NCBI GenBank assembly: GCA_965222155.1
Contig: CBDCTH010000012.1
Location: 2,464,001-2,528,000, forward strand
Direction of reading: 5' to 3'
Source: Gammaproteobacteria bacterium
GTDB lineage: Bacteria; Pseudomonadota; Gammaproteobacteria; Eutrophobiales; Eutrophobiaceae
Length of the DNA: 64,000 nucleotides
The stretch's first letter is position 1, and each line of letters begins with the position of its first letter. Positions 9,504-19,299 of this stretch are shown here, piece by piece. A program made the position numbers and the translations under genes. The notes beneath the pieces are model-generated. The model was not told the DNA's origin. It searched no databases and was given only the letters and a program-made list of their open reading frames with translations.

Positions 9504-9893
9504 TCAAACCTCAGTCAATCCCAGGTATTTCACAAATGGTTTGAAGTCTTTATCCGAAAAAAGGAGAGGAATCTTTTGCTTAATACAGAAAGAAGCAATA
9601 ATCACATCAGCCGTTTTACATATGGTGATGCCTTTTTTGCGTAAGGTCCGGAAGTTTTCAGCGCTTCTGATAGCCATATCCCTGCCAAGCATCTCAAAGA
9701 TGGTCACATTATCAAACAAAGCTTTTGCCGTTCTGTAATCTCTGTCATGCCTGAAGCCTTGCAGAACTTCGGTCAGGATCAAGTTGCCCGCTGCAACAGA
9801 TTGCACCCCAAGCGTCTTGTCAAGGGTGGCTGTCTGGTGATTATCTATACCCGTGAAATAGTCTATCCAAACACCGGAGTCCACCAGGATCAT
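9504..9893 (-). CDS. vapC: PIN-domain toxin VapC
   Basis: ILVDSGVWID…EVLQG…DVIIAS…SDKDF; ATGA overlap with the antitoxin. Confidence 0.9.
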   Translation of the reverse strand: MILVDSGVWIDYFTGIDNHQTATLDKTLGVQSVAAGNLILTEVLQGFRHDRDYRTAKALFDNVTIFEMLGRDMAIRSAENFRTLRKKGITICKTADVIIASFCIKQKIPLLFSDKDFKPFVKYLGLTEV

Positions 9894-10084
9894 GCTGAAG
9901 TTCTCATATCATCCAGGTCCCCGGTCCATTTGAGCTGGCCGCGAAAGCGCTTAATGCCTTCCTGCTTTTTCAGCCTGACCAATGTTTTAAGGCCGAGCTC
10001 CACTACGTCTTTCTTGGTTTTCAAGCCAGTGGCTTTAAGCACGTCGTTCATCAGTTTATTATCGATTTCAATGTTGGTTCGCAT
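9890..10084 (-). CDS. vapB: VapB antitoxin
   Basis: MRTNIEIDNKL…TKKDVVELGL…WTGDLDDMR. Confidence 0.88.
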   Translation of the reverse strand: MRTNIEIDNKLMNDVLKATGLKTKKDVVELGLKTLVRLKKQEGIKRFRGQLKWTGDLDDMRTSA

Positions 10085-10111
10085 CTGTGCACCTGAAGCA
10101 ATAATCGCTAA

Positions 10112-10143
10112 AATGTGTATATAGTATGACAGATATACACATT
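10112..10143. promoter_or_regulatory. Probable vapBC autorepression operator
   Basis: AATGTGTATAT-N10-ATATACACATT next to a minus-strand TTGACT, about 30 bp upstream of vapB. Confidence 0.6.
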
Positions 10144-10198
10144 GAAAGTCAAGTCCCGGCAACATGGAGGACAGGCCTTTCCCCCGGATTATTATTGC

Positions 10199-10465
10199 CT
10201 ATGCGGCAATTTCTGATTCAATATCCCAATTGGGAAATACCAATACCGCAGGATGGCACCTGAGCGCCCTGGCGAGAACCTTGGCCCGTTCAACTCCAAG
10301 GTTTATCCGGTTTCGCTCAATCGCGGAAATGGTTGACTGCGGTATACCTGTGACAGATGCAAGTTCGTTCTGGCTGAGCTCTTGCAGCTCTCTCATTATT
10401 CTGACGGAATCTCCGGGAGAAATTCGAATACGGGATTTAGCTTCTCGAAACTCTTTCATGATCAT
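10199..10465 (-). CDS. XRE HTH protein, probable orphan antitoxin
   Basis: RELQELSQNELA…IPQSTISAIE HTH_3 pattern. Confidence 0.8.
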   Translation of the reverse strand: MIMKEFREAKSRIRISPGDSVRIMRELQELSQNELASVTGIPQSTISAIERNRINLGVERAKVLARALRCHPAVLVFPNWDIESEIAA

Positions 10466-10643
10466 TTCCTCCTGTAATCATATCGCATTCATCACCATTA
10501 AGACGGTTTACGTAGCACTGATCGAAACTAAGCCAATCCGAAAAATCGGAAGGGACAAACCAGATTAATTATCATTAATGCTTGCACCTGGTCGAAATTT
10601 ATGACATTTTGTTACCGTTTACGTAATGATAAATTCCTCTTTC

Positions 10644-10979
10644 GTGGATATTAATTTCCGGAACAGAAAACTTGAGAAAACTTTTAACTCGGCGGAGGTG
10701 CTCCAAAAGAAATACGGAGAACGCATGGCGAAAACACTCAAGAATCGCCTTGCCGTCTTGAGATCTGCTCGAACCTTAGAGTTGGTTCCTAATAGTCCTC
10801 CTGACAGGAGACACCAACTCCAAGGTAAACGGGATGAAGAGTACGCTGTCGATCTCATCCATCCCTACCGACTGGTTTTCAAACCGGACCACGAACCGCT
10901 CCCGCGCAAGCACGACGGCGGTATTGATACGAAACAGGTAACCTCAATCACAATCATTGAAGTGATCGACTATCATTGA
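10644..10979 (+). CDS. higB: HigB-like toxin (killer protein)
   Basis: MDINFRNRKLEK…RRHQLQGKR.EYAVDL…YRLVF…IIEVIDYH. Confidence 0.85.
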   Translation: MDINFRNRKLEKTFNSAEVLQKKYGERMAKTLKNRLAVLRSARTLELVPNSPPDRRHQLQGKRDEEYAVDLIHPYRLVFKPDHEPLPRKHDGGIDTKQVTSITIIEVIDYH

Positions 10980-10993
10980 TGGGAGAAATAGCT

Positions 10994-11678
10994 ATGGCAA
11001 CGATAACCAATCAATACAGACCAGACTATGCGGTGCCTCCGGGTGACGTCCTTAAAGAACGCATTAAAGCACAAGGTTTCTCGCAAGCCGAGTTTGCCCG
11101 GCGGTGTGGTCATTCTGCAAAACTCATCAGTGAAATCATTAACGGGAAAGCTCCTGTTAAACCTGGAATAGCGCTACAGTTTGAAAAGGTGTTGAATGTT
11201 GACGCCAGTATTTGGCTGAATATCGAGACCGATTACAGACTGTACAAAGCCCGGGAAGCTGAAGCGTGGGAAGCGGTGGAAGCAGCCAAGCAGCGGCGCC
11301 GCGTGGTGGCTGTCTCCCCGGAAGACCGTGGTACAGTTAAGCGCGCGTCACAAGACGGATGACCACCTGTGGTTCAGCCTGTTCCACGAAGCCGCGCACA
11401 TCCTCCTCCACAGCAGGAAGACCATATTCATGGACGCTACGAATAATGAGAACACGGACATTGAAGCAGAAGCAAATGATTGGGCTTCGAATATGCTTGT
11501 CCCTCGTTCGAGTTGGAAGCGATTTATCGCTGCTTCCTCGTTCAACATAGCGTCGGTCCAATCATTCGCTGAAGAACAGGGAATCGCCCCGGGCATAGTT
11601 GTGGGGATGCTCCAGCATGAGAGGTATCTTCTCTGGTCGCACCTTAATAGATTAAAGGTGCGATTAAAATGGAAGTAA
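10994..11678 (+). pseudogene. higA: HigA-HTH/ImmA-IrrE metallopeptidase fusion with internal deletion and frameshift
   Basis: HTH (PPGDVLKE…SQAEFARR) in one frame; SGAAWWLSP…QLSARHKTDDHLWFSLFHEAAH in another frame from about 11292. Confidence 0.75.
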
Positions 11679-11795
11679 GCATTTGTTACTCGCCTATGTT
11701 TGACTTGCACAATGATCAAAGGAATGCGGAGTAAAGGAGTGCACTCTAACAAAGCCTCGTCGCCAAACCCTGGCATAGGCAAGGCAAACAGGCGC

Positions 11796-12626
11796 TCATT
11801 TGTCAGCTATCTCCCTTTCTGAAGGCTGCCGGTCCTGCCGGAGCATGATCCAGCCTGCTATGAGTACGCCGGCGCTGACGATGCTGATGATAATGGTCGC
11901 CAATGCGTTAATATCCGGCGTCACGCCGAGGCGGACTTTGGAGAATATCCACATGGGCAGGGTGCTGGCTCCCGGGCCGGATACGAAACTGGCGATCACC
12001 AGGTCATCCAAGGACAGGGTAAAAGCCAGTAACCAGCCGGACAACATGGCCGGGGCGATGATGGGCAAGGTGATATCCAGCGTAACCCGGAATGGCCGCC
12101 CGCCCAGATCCATGGCTGCCTCCTCCAGGGACTCATCCATCGACATCAATCTTGATTGCACAATCACGGCGACGTAGGCCATGGAAAAGGTGATATGGCT
12201 GATGGTAATGGTCGTGACGCCCCGTTCCCCGGGCCAGCCGATGAAATCCTGCAAGCTGACGAACAGGAGCAACAGCGACAGACCGGTAATCACTTCCGGC
12301 ATGACCAGCGGCGCGGCGATCATCCCGGTAAATAAAACCCTGCCGCGGAAGCGCCTGATACGCGCCAGGGCAAGACCGGCCAGGACGCCCAGCGCCGTTG
12401 CCACCGTGGCGCTGACGAAGGCAATCCGCAGGCTGAGCAGCGCGGCCTCGATGATCTGCCTGTTCTCCAGCAGCGCCGCATACCAGCGCAGGGAAAAGCC
12501 GCCCCATACCGAAACGATGCGGGAATCGTTGAACGAGTAAACCATGACCATGATGATCGGTATATAAAGAAACGCATAGCCGAAGCAGAGCATGGTAATC
12601 AGGAACGTGGAGCGTTGTCCGTTCAT
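11796..12626 (-). CDS. potI: Polyamine ABC transporter permease (PotI/PotC)
   Basis: EEAAMDLG EAA loop; FTLSLDD motif. Confidence 0.88.
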   Translation of the reverse strand: MNGQRSTFLITMLCFGYAFLYIPIIMVMVYSFNDSRIVSVWGGFSLRWYAALLENRQIIEAALLSLRIAFVSATVATALGVLAGLALARIRRFRGRVLFTGMIAAPLVMPEVITGLSLLLLFVSLQDFIGWPGERGVTTITISHITFSMAYVAVIVQSRLMSMDESLEEAAMDLGGRPFRVTLDITLPIIAPAMLSGWLLAFTLSLDDLVIASFVSGPGASTLPMWIFSKVRLGVTPDINALATIIISIVSAGVLIAGWIMLRQDRQPSEREIADK

Positions 12627-13528
12627 GCTTCGCCCTGTGCTCCACGCGCCTGGTAATGCTGAAATACCATGATGGGCGCAACCAGGATGAGTAACAGGAT
12701 AATGGCGACTGCCGAAGACAACGGCCAGTCGCGATTGGTGAAAAATTCATCATACAGGGTTCGGCCTATCATGAGCGAGTCGAGCCCGCCCAGTAATGCA
12801 GGGATGACGAATTCTCCCAACGCCGGAATGAACACCAGCAGACTGCCGGCGATGATCCCGGGCAGGGAGAGGGGTAGGGTGATATCACGGAAGACCTGCA
12901 GTGGCCTGGCGCCGAGATCGGATGCTGCCTCGTTCAGGTTGAAATCCAGTCTCTCCAGGTTGGCGTACAGCGGCAGGATCATGAAGGGCAGGTAGGAATA
13001 GACAATTCCGAGGTAAACCGCAAAATCCGTATATAACAGCTTCAGCGGCTGCTCGATGAGGCCGATGGAGAGCAGCAGGTTGTTTATCAGGCCATTCGTG
13101 CTCAACATGCCCATCCAGGCATATACCCGCAATAGAAATGAAGTCCAGAACGGCAGGATCACCAGGAATAAGAGGATGTTGCGCCGGACCGGAGCGGCCC
13201 GGGCGATGGCGTATGCCATCGGATATCCGATGAGCAAACACAGTAAGGTGGAGATAAAGGCGACCCTGATTGATTTCAGGTAGCTGATCCAGTACAGGTC
13301 GTCCTCCAGCAGAAACCGGTAATTATCCAGCGTGATATGGAACCAGCGCCCCCCCTCTTTGCTGAAATCAAACAACGACGTAAAAGGCGGCAGGGCGACG
13401 ATGGGGTCTGCGAAACTGATCTTGAGAACGAACAGGAACGGCAGCAGAAAAAATACCGAAAGCCACAGGTAGGGCATGCCGATCACAAACCGGCGCCACA
13501 AGTTGTCCATGCCTTTTCCCGGGATCAT
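12623..13528 (-). CDS. potH: Polyamine ABC transporter permease (PotH/PotB)
   Basis: LPFWTSFLLRVYAW; EAASDLGA; ATGA overlaps at both ends. Confidence 0.88.
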   Translation of the reverse strand: MIPGKGMDNLWRRFVIGMPYLWLSVFFLLPFLFVLKISFADPIVALPPFTSLFDFSKEGGRWFHITLDNYRFLLEDDLYWISYLKSIRVAFISTLLCLLIGYPMAYAIARAAPVRRNILLFLVILPFWTSFLLRVYAWMGMLSTNGLINNLLLSIGLIEQPLKLLYTDFAVYLGIVYSYLPFMILPLYANLERLDFNLNEAASDLGARPLQVFRDITLPLSLPGIIAGSLLVFIPALGEFVIPALLGGLDSLMIGRTLYDEFFTNRDWPLSSAVAIILLLILVAPIMVFQHYQARGAQGEA

Positions 13529-14706
13529 TCGATTAGCACCACGCTGCTCTGAATATCCCAGGAAAGGTAAACGACGTCGTCCCATTCAAGAGTTCGTTCA
13601 GCTGAACGAACCCGGTTCTGGGTACTGACCTGTACGACCATTCCCGCGTCGGTCTTTATGCGGTAGATGGATAAATTACCGTAATACCCCAGGTCCCAGA
13701 CCACACCCCTGAGGGCAGCCGCGGCATCAGGTTCGGGCGGCTCCTTGGTGATCGAGATTTTTTCAGGTCTTACGGCAAGGGTTAGTGGCGCGGCCAGGCT
13801 TATTTGTTCAGCCGATCGTGCCCTGATGGCGGCATTCACTCCTTCACATTCCACCTTGACGGTCTCGCCGTCAATCCGGCTGACTGTTCCCTCGAACAGG
13901 TTGATAGTGCCGAAAAAATCAGCGACGTAGCGGTTCACCGGATATTCATAGATCTCTTTGGGCGTTCCGCATTGGATGAACCGACCTTCGTGCATGACCA
14001 CGATGCGGGTTGACAAGGTCATGGCTTCCTCCTGGTCGTGGGTCACGATGATAAATGTCACGCCAGTCTGGTCCTGGATATCCATCAACTCAAATTGAGT
14101 GTGTTCGCGTAATTTCTTGTCCAGCGCCGCCAGCGGTTCATCGAGTAGCAGGACTTTGGGGCGTTTAACCAGCGCCCGAGCCAGGGCAATGCGTTGCCGC
14201 TGTCCGCCGGATAACTGCCTGGGTTTGCGTCGGGCAAACTCCGTCAGTTGCACCAATTCGAGCATATCCGCCACCCGGGTCCGGATTTCATTTTTCGGCA
14301 TACCTTCTTTTTTCAGGCCGTAGGCAACATTTTTCTCGACGGTCAGATGGGGAAAGATGGCATAGGACTGGAACATCATGTTGACCGGACGCTGGTATGG
14401 AGGAACCTCGGTCATATCAACACCATCGATCAGGATCCTGCCCGAGGACGGTCGTTCAAATCCGGCCAGCATGCGCAGCAAGGTGGTCTTGCCACAACCG
14501 GAACCGCCCAGGATGGAAAACAATTCCCCTTTATATATATCGAGGTTTACGTTGCGGACAGCCATAAACCCGTCGAAATCTTTCGAGACGTTTTCGATTT
14601 GAATGAACGGTATCGCGTCCGGGTCCAACCAGGCCGGTTTAGACCCGGGATTAGCACTACCGACATCTCTCACCAAGTGATTGGAATTCTTAATCGGATG
14701 TTCCAT
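13525..14706 (-). CDS. potG: Polyamine ABC transporter ATP-binding protein (PotG/PotA)
   Basis: GGSGCGKT, LSGGQ, LLLDEP, THDQEEA; C-terminal TOBE-like region. Confidence 0.9.
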   Translation of the reverse strand: MEHPIKNSNHLVRDVGSANPGSKPAWLDPDAIPFIQIENVSKDFDGFMAVRNVNLDIYKGELFSILGGSGCGKTTLLRMLAGFERPSSGRILIDGVDMTEVPPYQRPVNMMFQSYAIFPHLTVEKNVAYGLKKEGMPKNEIRTRVADMLELVQLTEFARRKPRQLSGGQRQRIALARALVKRPKVLLLDEPLAALDKKLREHTQFELMDIQDQTGVTFIIVTHDQEEAMTLSTRIVVMHEGRFIQCGTPKEIYEYPVNRYVADFFGTINLFEGTVSRIDGETVKVECEGVNAAIRARSAEQISLAAPLTLAVRPEKISITKEPPEPDAAAALRGVVWDLGYYGNLSIYRIKTDAGMVVQVSTQNRVRSAERTLEWDDVVYLSWDIQSSVVLIE

Positions 14707-14733
14707 TTGATTTGGGCCGCAGTTCTTTATAAG

Positions 14734-14844
14734 CCACAGAGGACACAGAGATCACAGAGTGAATCCGGGACTTTTATATACGGAAATAGCCATATATCTG
14801 GTACGCCATTCATATAATTCTTTCTCTGTGCACTCTGTGTCCTC
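14734..14844. repeat. Inverted element built from tandem CACAGAG units with 9-bp period
   Basis: CCACAGAGGACACAGAGATCACAGAG … CTCTGTGCACTCTGTGTCCTC. Confidence 0.7.
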
Positions 14845-14858
14845 CTAAAAAGGGTTTT

Positions 14859-15965
14859 TCAGAGGCCGGATTTTATGCGCGTCCAGGTTCGGGATCGGTT
14901 TCTCTCCATCTTGGGTGAATAGACCAGGGAGAGCTCCAGGCGTTTGCGCACATCGGCGTCGGGATAGATGGCCGGGTCTCCGGTAATATCCGGATCAACC
15001 AGAACGGTAGCGGAGCGATTGGCATTGGCGTAACCGATGTAGTCGGAAGCAGGCGCAATCACTTCCGGCCGCAGGAGATAGTTCATCAGGATATAAGCGT
15101 TATCCGGATGTGGGGCGTCACTGGGAATAAACATGCTGTCAACCCAGGCGGGGATCCCTTTCTCCGGCATGACATAAGCCAGGTTGATGTCGACCCCGGC
15201 CTCCGCGGCGCGGGTGCGGGCAACGATATAGTCCCCGGACCAGCTCATGGCCACGCAGATTTCCTTATTCGGCATGTCGATCAACATTTTTGCGGAACTG
15301 AAATAACGGATATAGGGACGAATGGATTTCATCACGCGTTCCACGTCGCGCAGGTGGTGCGACTCAATGGAGTTGCCGGGATAGCCCAGGTAACTCATGA
15401 CTATGGGTAGCGTGTCAATGGGGCCGTCCAGTACGGTAATGCCGCAATCGGCAAAACGCGAGATGATCTCAGGCCTGAAAAAGAAATCGGCCGTATCCAG
15501 CGGCGCATCCGGGAAGCGTTCCCTGAGCATGTCTACATTATAGGAAATACCCGTCGTTCCCCACATATAGGGGACGCCATGGCGATTGCCCGGGTCAATA
15601 TCTGCCATAATTTGCACAATGTCCGGGTCCAGGTGTTTCCAGTTTTCAAGGCGGCTGCGATCCAGGGGTTGGTAGGCCCCGGCTTCAATAAGGCGGGCTG
15701 AATAAGAGGCAGCATGTACAACAACGTCATAACCGGTACTGCCGGTCATCAGTTTGGCATCCGCCATCTCCGTGGTGTCATAGATATCGTAATTGACCTT
15801 GATGCCGAATTCCCGTTCAAAATCAGCAAGGGTAGTCGGACCGATATAATCCGCCCAGTTGTACATATTGACAATTTTCTCTTCAGCCGACGCTACACCG
15901 GGAAACCCTGAGAACGCCAGCAGGCCGACGATCGTTCCGGTAATACCCGGGCTAAGTTTTATCAT
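14859..15965 (-). CDS. potF: Polyamine ABC transporter substrate-binding protein (PotF-like)
   Basis: Signal peptide; YNWADYI, TGYDVV, PYMWGTTGI, WSGD, RTWTRIKSG. Confidence 0.88.
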   Translation of the reverse strand: MIKLSPGITGTIVGLLAFSGFPGVASAEEKIVNMYNWADYIGPTTLADFEREFGIKVNYDIYDTTEMADAKLMTGSTGYDVVVHAASYSARLIEAGAYQPLDRSRLENWKHLDPDIVQIMADIDPGNRHGVPYMWGTTGISYNVDMLRERFPDAPLDTADFFFRPEIISRFADCGITVLDGPIDTLPIVMSYLGYPGNSIESHHLRDVERVMKSIRPYIRYFSSAKMLIDMPNKEICVAMSWSGDYIVARTRAAEAGVDINLAYVMPEKGIPAWVDSMFIPSDAPHPDNAYILMNYLLRPEVIAPASDYIGYANANRSATVLVDPDITGDPAIYPDADVRKRLELSLVYSPKMERNRSRTWTRIKSGL

Positions 15966-15980
15966 TGAGCCGTCACCCGA

Positions 15981-17135
15981 TTACATCGCTTCCAGGCCGC
16001 GTTTGAGCAGGCGGCCGGCTACGATCAGGCGCTGGATTTCACTGGGGCCTTCCCAGATGCGATCCACGCGCAGTTCCCGGAAGAATCTTTCCGCGGCATT
16101 CTCCCGCATGTAACCGCGCCCGCCGAATATCTGCATGGCGCGATCCGCGACCCGGTTGGCCATCTCGGAGGCATACAGCTTGGCCATGGAGCAACGGGTA
16201 TGGAGCGAGCTCAGATTTACACCCCGATCATGGGCCTGGGTCGCTTCGAAAGTCATCAATCGCGCTGCCCAGAGTTCCGTGGCGCTGTCGGCAAGCATGA
16301 ACTTGATTGCCTGTTTGTCCGCCAGCATTTCCTCGTGGATGCGCCTGTTTTTGGCGAATTCCGTTGCTTCCTCAATCAGGCGCGCAGCCGCTCCGCAACA
16401 GCGCGCTGCGATCATCATGCGCTCATGACGAAACCAGCTACGGGTATAATCCATCCCCTCTCCGGCTGCGCCGATCCGGTTCCGCGCAGGCACGAAAACG
16501 TTGTGGAAACGAAAAGTAGGATGATGCGCGGCGTAGGTATGGCTGAATCGGGGGTTGTCTGTCATTTCGATTCCGGCGCTGTCGATATCCACGAAAAATA
16601 ATGCCTGTTCCCCATCATCCAGCCGGGCCTGCAGAATAAAATAATCCGCATGGTTGGCGCTGGTTACGTACCACTTTTCACCGTTGATCAGGTAACCATC
16701 GGCGCACCGGGCAGCCACGGTCTCGATCACCTCCCAGGAGCCGGATTCGGCCTCGGTAATGGCGTAGCACTCGCCGCGGGAACCATCCACCAGGGGTAGT
16801 ATATAAGTGTTGATCTGGTCCTCGTCACAGGCCGCGAACATCCACTGCTGCGCCTCGGAAAAGCACCAGCATAAGGCATTAGTCACACGCCCCAGTTGTT
16901 CCCATACCGCAACCTGCTCGGTCATACCAAGCTCCAGCCCACCATAACGCTTGGGAACATCCATCCTGCTGAAGCCGAGTTCAACGGCTAGTTGCCTGTG
17001 GCGTGCATGAACTTCCGCAGGTATAACGCCATTGTTGAATTCCGCTTCCAGTTCCCAGGGTTGTAATTCTTGCTCGGCAAACGCACGGGCCTTTGCTTGC
17101 CATTCCAGCGTATTGCTGTCCAGTGATATTTCCAT
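15981..17135 (-). CDS. Acyl-CoA dehydrogenase family protein
   Basis: YAITE.ESGS, INGEKWYVT, QIFGGRGY, RIWEGPSEIQR. Confidence 0.9.
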   Translation of the reverse strand: MEISLDSNTLEWQAKARAFAEQELQPWELEAEFNNGVIPAEVHARHRQLAVELGFSRMDVPKRYGGLELGMTEQVAVWEQLGRVTNALCWCFSEAQQWMFAACDEDQINTYILPLVDGSRGECYAITEAESGSWEVIETVAARCADGYLINGEKWYVTSANHADYFILQARLDDGEQALFFVDIDSAGIEMTDNPRFSHTYAAHHPTFRFHNVFVPARNRIGAAGEGMDYTRSWFRHERMMIAARCCGAAARLIEEATEFAKNRRIHEEMLADKQAIKFMLADSATELWAARLMTFEATQAHDRGVNLSSLHTRCSMAKLYASEMANRVADRAMQIFGGRGYMRENAAERFFRELRVDRIWEGPSEIQRLIVAGRLLKRGLEAM

Positions 17136-17142
17136 TTGAAAG

Positions 17143-17799
17143 TTATTCCGGACCAGGGAAAGAGTGAAAATAGGCGGGAAGGGCAGTATGCAGGTAGTTC
17201 ATTACCAAAGCCCTTGCTTGAGTACCATTGATTTCTTTTGGCGTCAGCAACATATCCAGCCACAGGCCGTCGATAATAGCATCCAGTGTCGTCGCCAGAA
17301 TTTGCGGATCATGCTGTTTATTCTCATCGTCGCGCAGCATTTCGGCAAACAGGTCAGCTTCCACCTTCACATAATGTCGGTCATATTCCGCACAAGTCTT
17401 CATATAAATCGGACGTGAACGGGTTTCCCCCCAAAATGCGAACCATACCGCCAGTTTCTTGCGGTCGCAGATCGTTTTACTGAAGTCCAGTTCCACCAGC
17501 GCGGCAAGTTTGTCAGCCGGCGCCGGACCCGATTTTTCCAGCGTTTTTTCCCAATGGTGACGGTATTCTTCGGCCAGGTACTTGAGTGTCTCCAGCAGCA
17601 GTTTCTCTTTGCTCTTGAAGTGCAGGTTGACGATACCCAGGCTTAACCCCGCTTCCCTGGTGATGTCTGCCATGGTCGTCGCCGAAAAACCGCGTTTGGC
17701 AACACAGTTGATGGTCGCCTTGATGAGTTGCTCGCGGCGACGTTGTTTTGCCAGGGTCCTGCTGTCAGGGACGCTTCCGGTTTCTCTAGCCTGCATCAC
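17143..17799 (-). CDS. TetR-family regulator, BetI-like
   Basis: RREQLIKATINCVAKRG…AGLSLGIVNLHFKSKE; W.AFW and AIIDGLWL in the C-terminal domain. Confidence 0.88.
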   Translation of the reverse strand: MMQARETGSVPDSRTLAKQRRREQLIKATINCVAKRGFSATTMADITREAGLSLGIVNLHFKSKEKLLLETLKYLAEEYRHHWEKTLEKSGPAPADKLAALVELDFSKTICDRKKLAVWFAFWGETRSRPIYMKTCAEYDRHYVKVEADLFAEMLRDDENKQHDPQILATTLDAIIDGLWLDMLLTPKEINGTQARALVMNYLHTALPAYFHSFPGPE

Positions 17800-17804
17800 T
17801 CCCC

Positions 17805-17987
17805 GTTAGTCATTCCGCTCTCTGTTCGTCATTCCACCCCCTGTTCATCATTCCGCCCCCTGTTCGTCATTCCACCCCCTGTTCGTCATTCCGCCCCCTG
17901 TTCGTCATTCCACCCCCTGTTCGTCATTCCGCCCCCTGTTCGTCATTCCGCCCCTTGTTCGTCATTCCGCCCCCTGTTCGTCATTCC
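17805..17987. repeat. 19-bp tandem repeat (9 full units) derived from a REP end
   Basis: Unit GTTCGTCATTCC(G/A)CCCCCT starting at 17805, 17824 … 17957; the tenth start runs into the REP. Confidence 0.92.
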
Positions 17988-18092
17988 GGCGAATGCCGGA
18001 ATCCAGTGAATAAAGAGTCGCCTCCAGCGACATATTATAATGACTGGATGCCGGGTCAAGCCCGGCATGACGAACAGCCCGGCATGACGAAC
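17979..18092. repeat. Inverted REP pair
   Basis: CGTCATTCCGGCGAATGCCGGAATCCAGT and ACTGGATGCCGGGTCAAGCCCGGCATGACG, the latter with a duplicated outer end. Confidence 0.8.
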
Positions 18093-18103
18093 GGAGGGTA
18101 ACA

Positions 18104-19294
18104 TTATTTCATGGCGTGCAGGTACCAGTCGATAAAGCTGCGCGTGAAGCTCTCCATGCCGGTATAAGAGCCGGGGCGGTAAAATGTTGAATTGATGCCT
18201 TTCTGATTGTTCTCGATGATGCGCTTGTCGGCAATCGTGGTGATATCCCAGAGCCAGGTCAGGTCGTCGCGGTCATAATCTGTTCCTTCCTGCGCCGACT
18301 CGTTGACCAGCCAGGTGATATCGCACACGCTCTCGGTCACGTTTAACGGCCGGAAGTGGTAGATGACGACGTGATCGCAATAAGCCAGACAGAATGTAAA
18401 CGGCCCAACCTGTATATCGGTCGCGCCGCCGTCATAGCCGCTGATGTCGCCCAGTAGCGGCGCCACCGGTTTGCCGTCCCGGCTACCCGTGACAAATCCG
18501 TTGAACAGGGGGTACCTGTCAAAGCCGCGATCGGTACCGACGGCGCCGGCGTCCAGCCAGCTTTTATCGACACACCGTCCGTTCAGACCCAGCTTCTCTC
18601 CCCTGGCGATTACCTGCTGCAGCAGGTCAGCCACTTCCTCATCAGGCAGTGACCGGCCGTGTCCTTGGGCGTATTCAGGGTGGGCTGGCGTGCAGTGGTA
18701 ACATTCACAATAATTCTCCACCGCGAGTTTCCAGTTTGCCCGGATGGGGTAGCTTTGCCGGTGCGCGACCTTCGCCTTATCCAGCTTATAGGGTTGCAGG
18801 CATTCATCCAGGTCGCGCCGGATGGGATCGAAGGAAGCGGGCCGCTCGGCAAAATTGATGAAGATCATGCCGTGAAGGATCTCCAACCGCACCTGTCCCA
18901 GCGCATAGTCCGAACGATCGAAATCCGGCGATGTGTAGTTGGCGCCCCGTAATGCGCCGTCCAACTGGTAAGTCCAGCCGTGGTAGGGGCATACCAGCAG
19001 TTTCTGCCTGCCGCTGGATTCCATGCAGATGCGCGAACCGCGATGTCGGCACAGGTTCAGCAATGCTTTTACCGTATTCTCGCCGGAGCGAATAATGATC
19101 ACGGATTCATTGCCCAGTTCGTACAGGAAATAATCGCCGGTTTCGGGAATCAGGCTGAGGTGCCCGGCATACAGCCAGGACTTCATGAAAAGCCGGTCCA
19201 GCTCACGCCGGTAGATGTCGCTATCCCGGTAGAAATCCTGCTGCAGGGAAAAGCCTTCAGGCTGGTTGTCAATCAGTTGAGATATTGCTGCCAT
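18104..19294 (-). CDS. Rieske non-heme iron oxygenase alpha subunit (GbcA/Stc2-like N-demethylase group)
   Basis: CRH…CPYH Rieske motif; NWK…EN..ECYHC..AHP iron site. Confidence 0.88.
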   Translation of the reverse strand: MAAISQLIDNQPEGFSLQQDFYRDSDIYRRELDRLFMKSWLYAGHLSLIPETGDYFLYELGNESVIIIRSGENTVKALLNLCRHRGSRICMESSGRQKLLVCPYHGWTYQLDGALRGANYTSPDFDRSDYALGQVRLEILHGMIFINFAERPASFDPIRRDLDECLQPYKLDKAKVAHRQSYPIRANWKLAVENYCECYHCTPAHPEYAQGHGRSLPDEEVADLLQQVIARGEKLGLNGRCVDKSWLDAGAVGTDRGFDRYPLFNGFVTGSRDGKPVAPLLGDISGYDGGATDIQVGPFTFCLAYCDHVVIYHFRPLNVTESVCDITWLVNESAQEGTDYDRDDLTWLWDITTIADKRIIENNQKGINSTFYRPGSYTGMESFTRSFIDWYLHAMK

Positions 19295-19299
19295 ACTCA

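Noticed and set aside
11740-11795. Integron attC site after higA (CTCTAAC)
   Set aside because: No matching GTTRRRY end or paired L boxes seen, and no intI in the window.
17805-17987. CRISPR array
   Set aside because: Units are directly adjacent with no unique spacers, and there are no cas genes; it is a tandem repeat.
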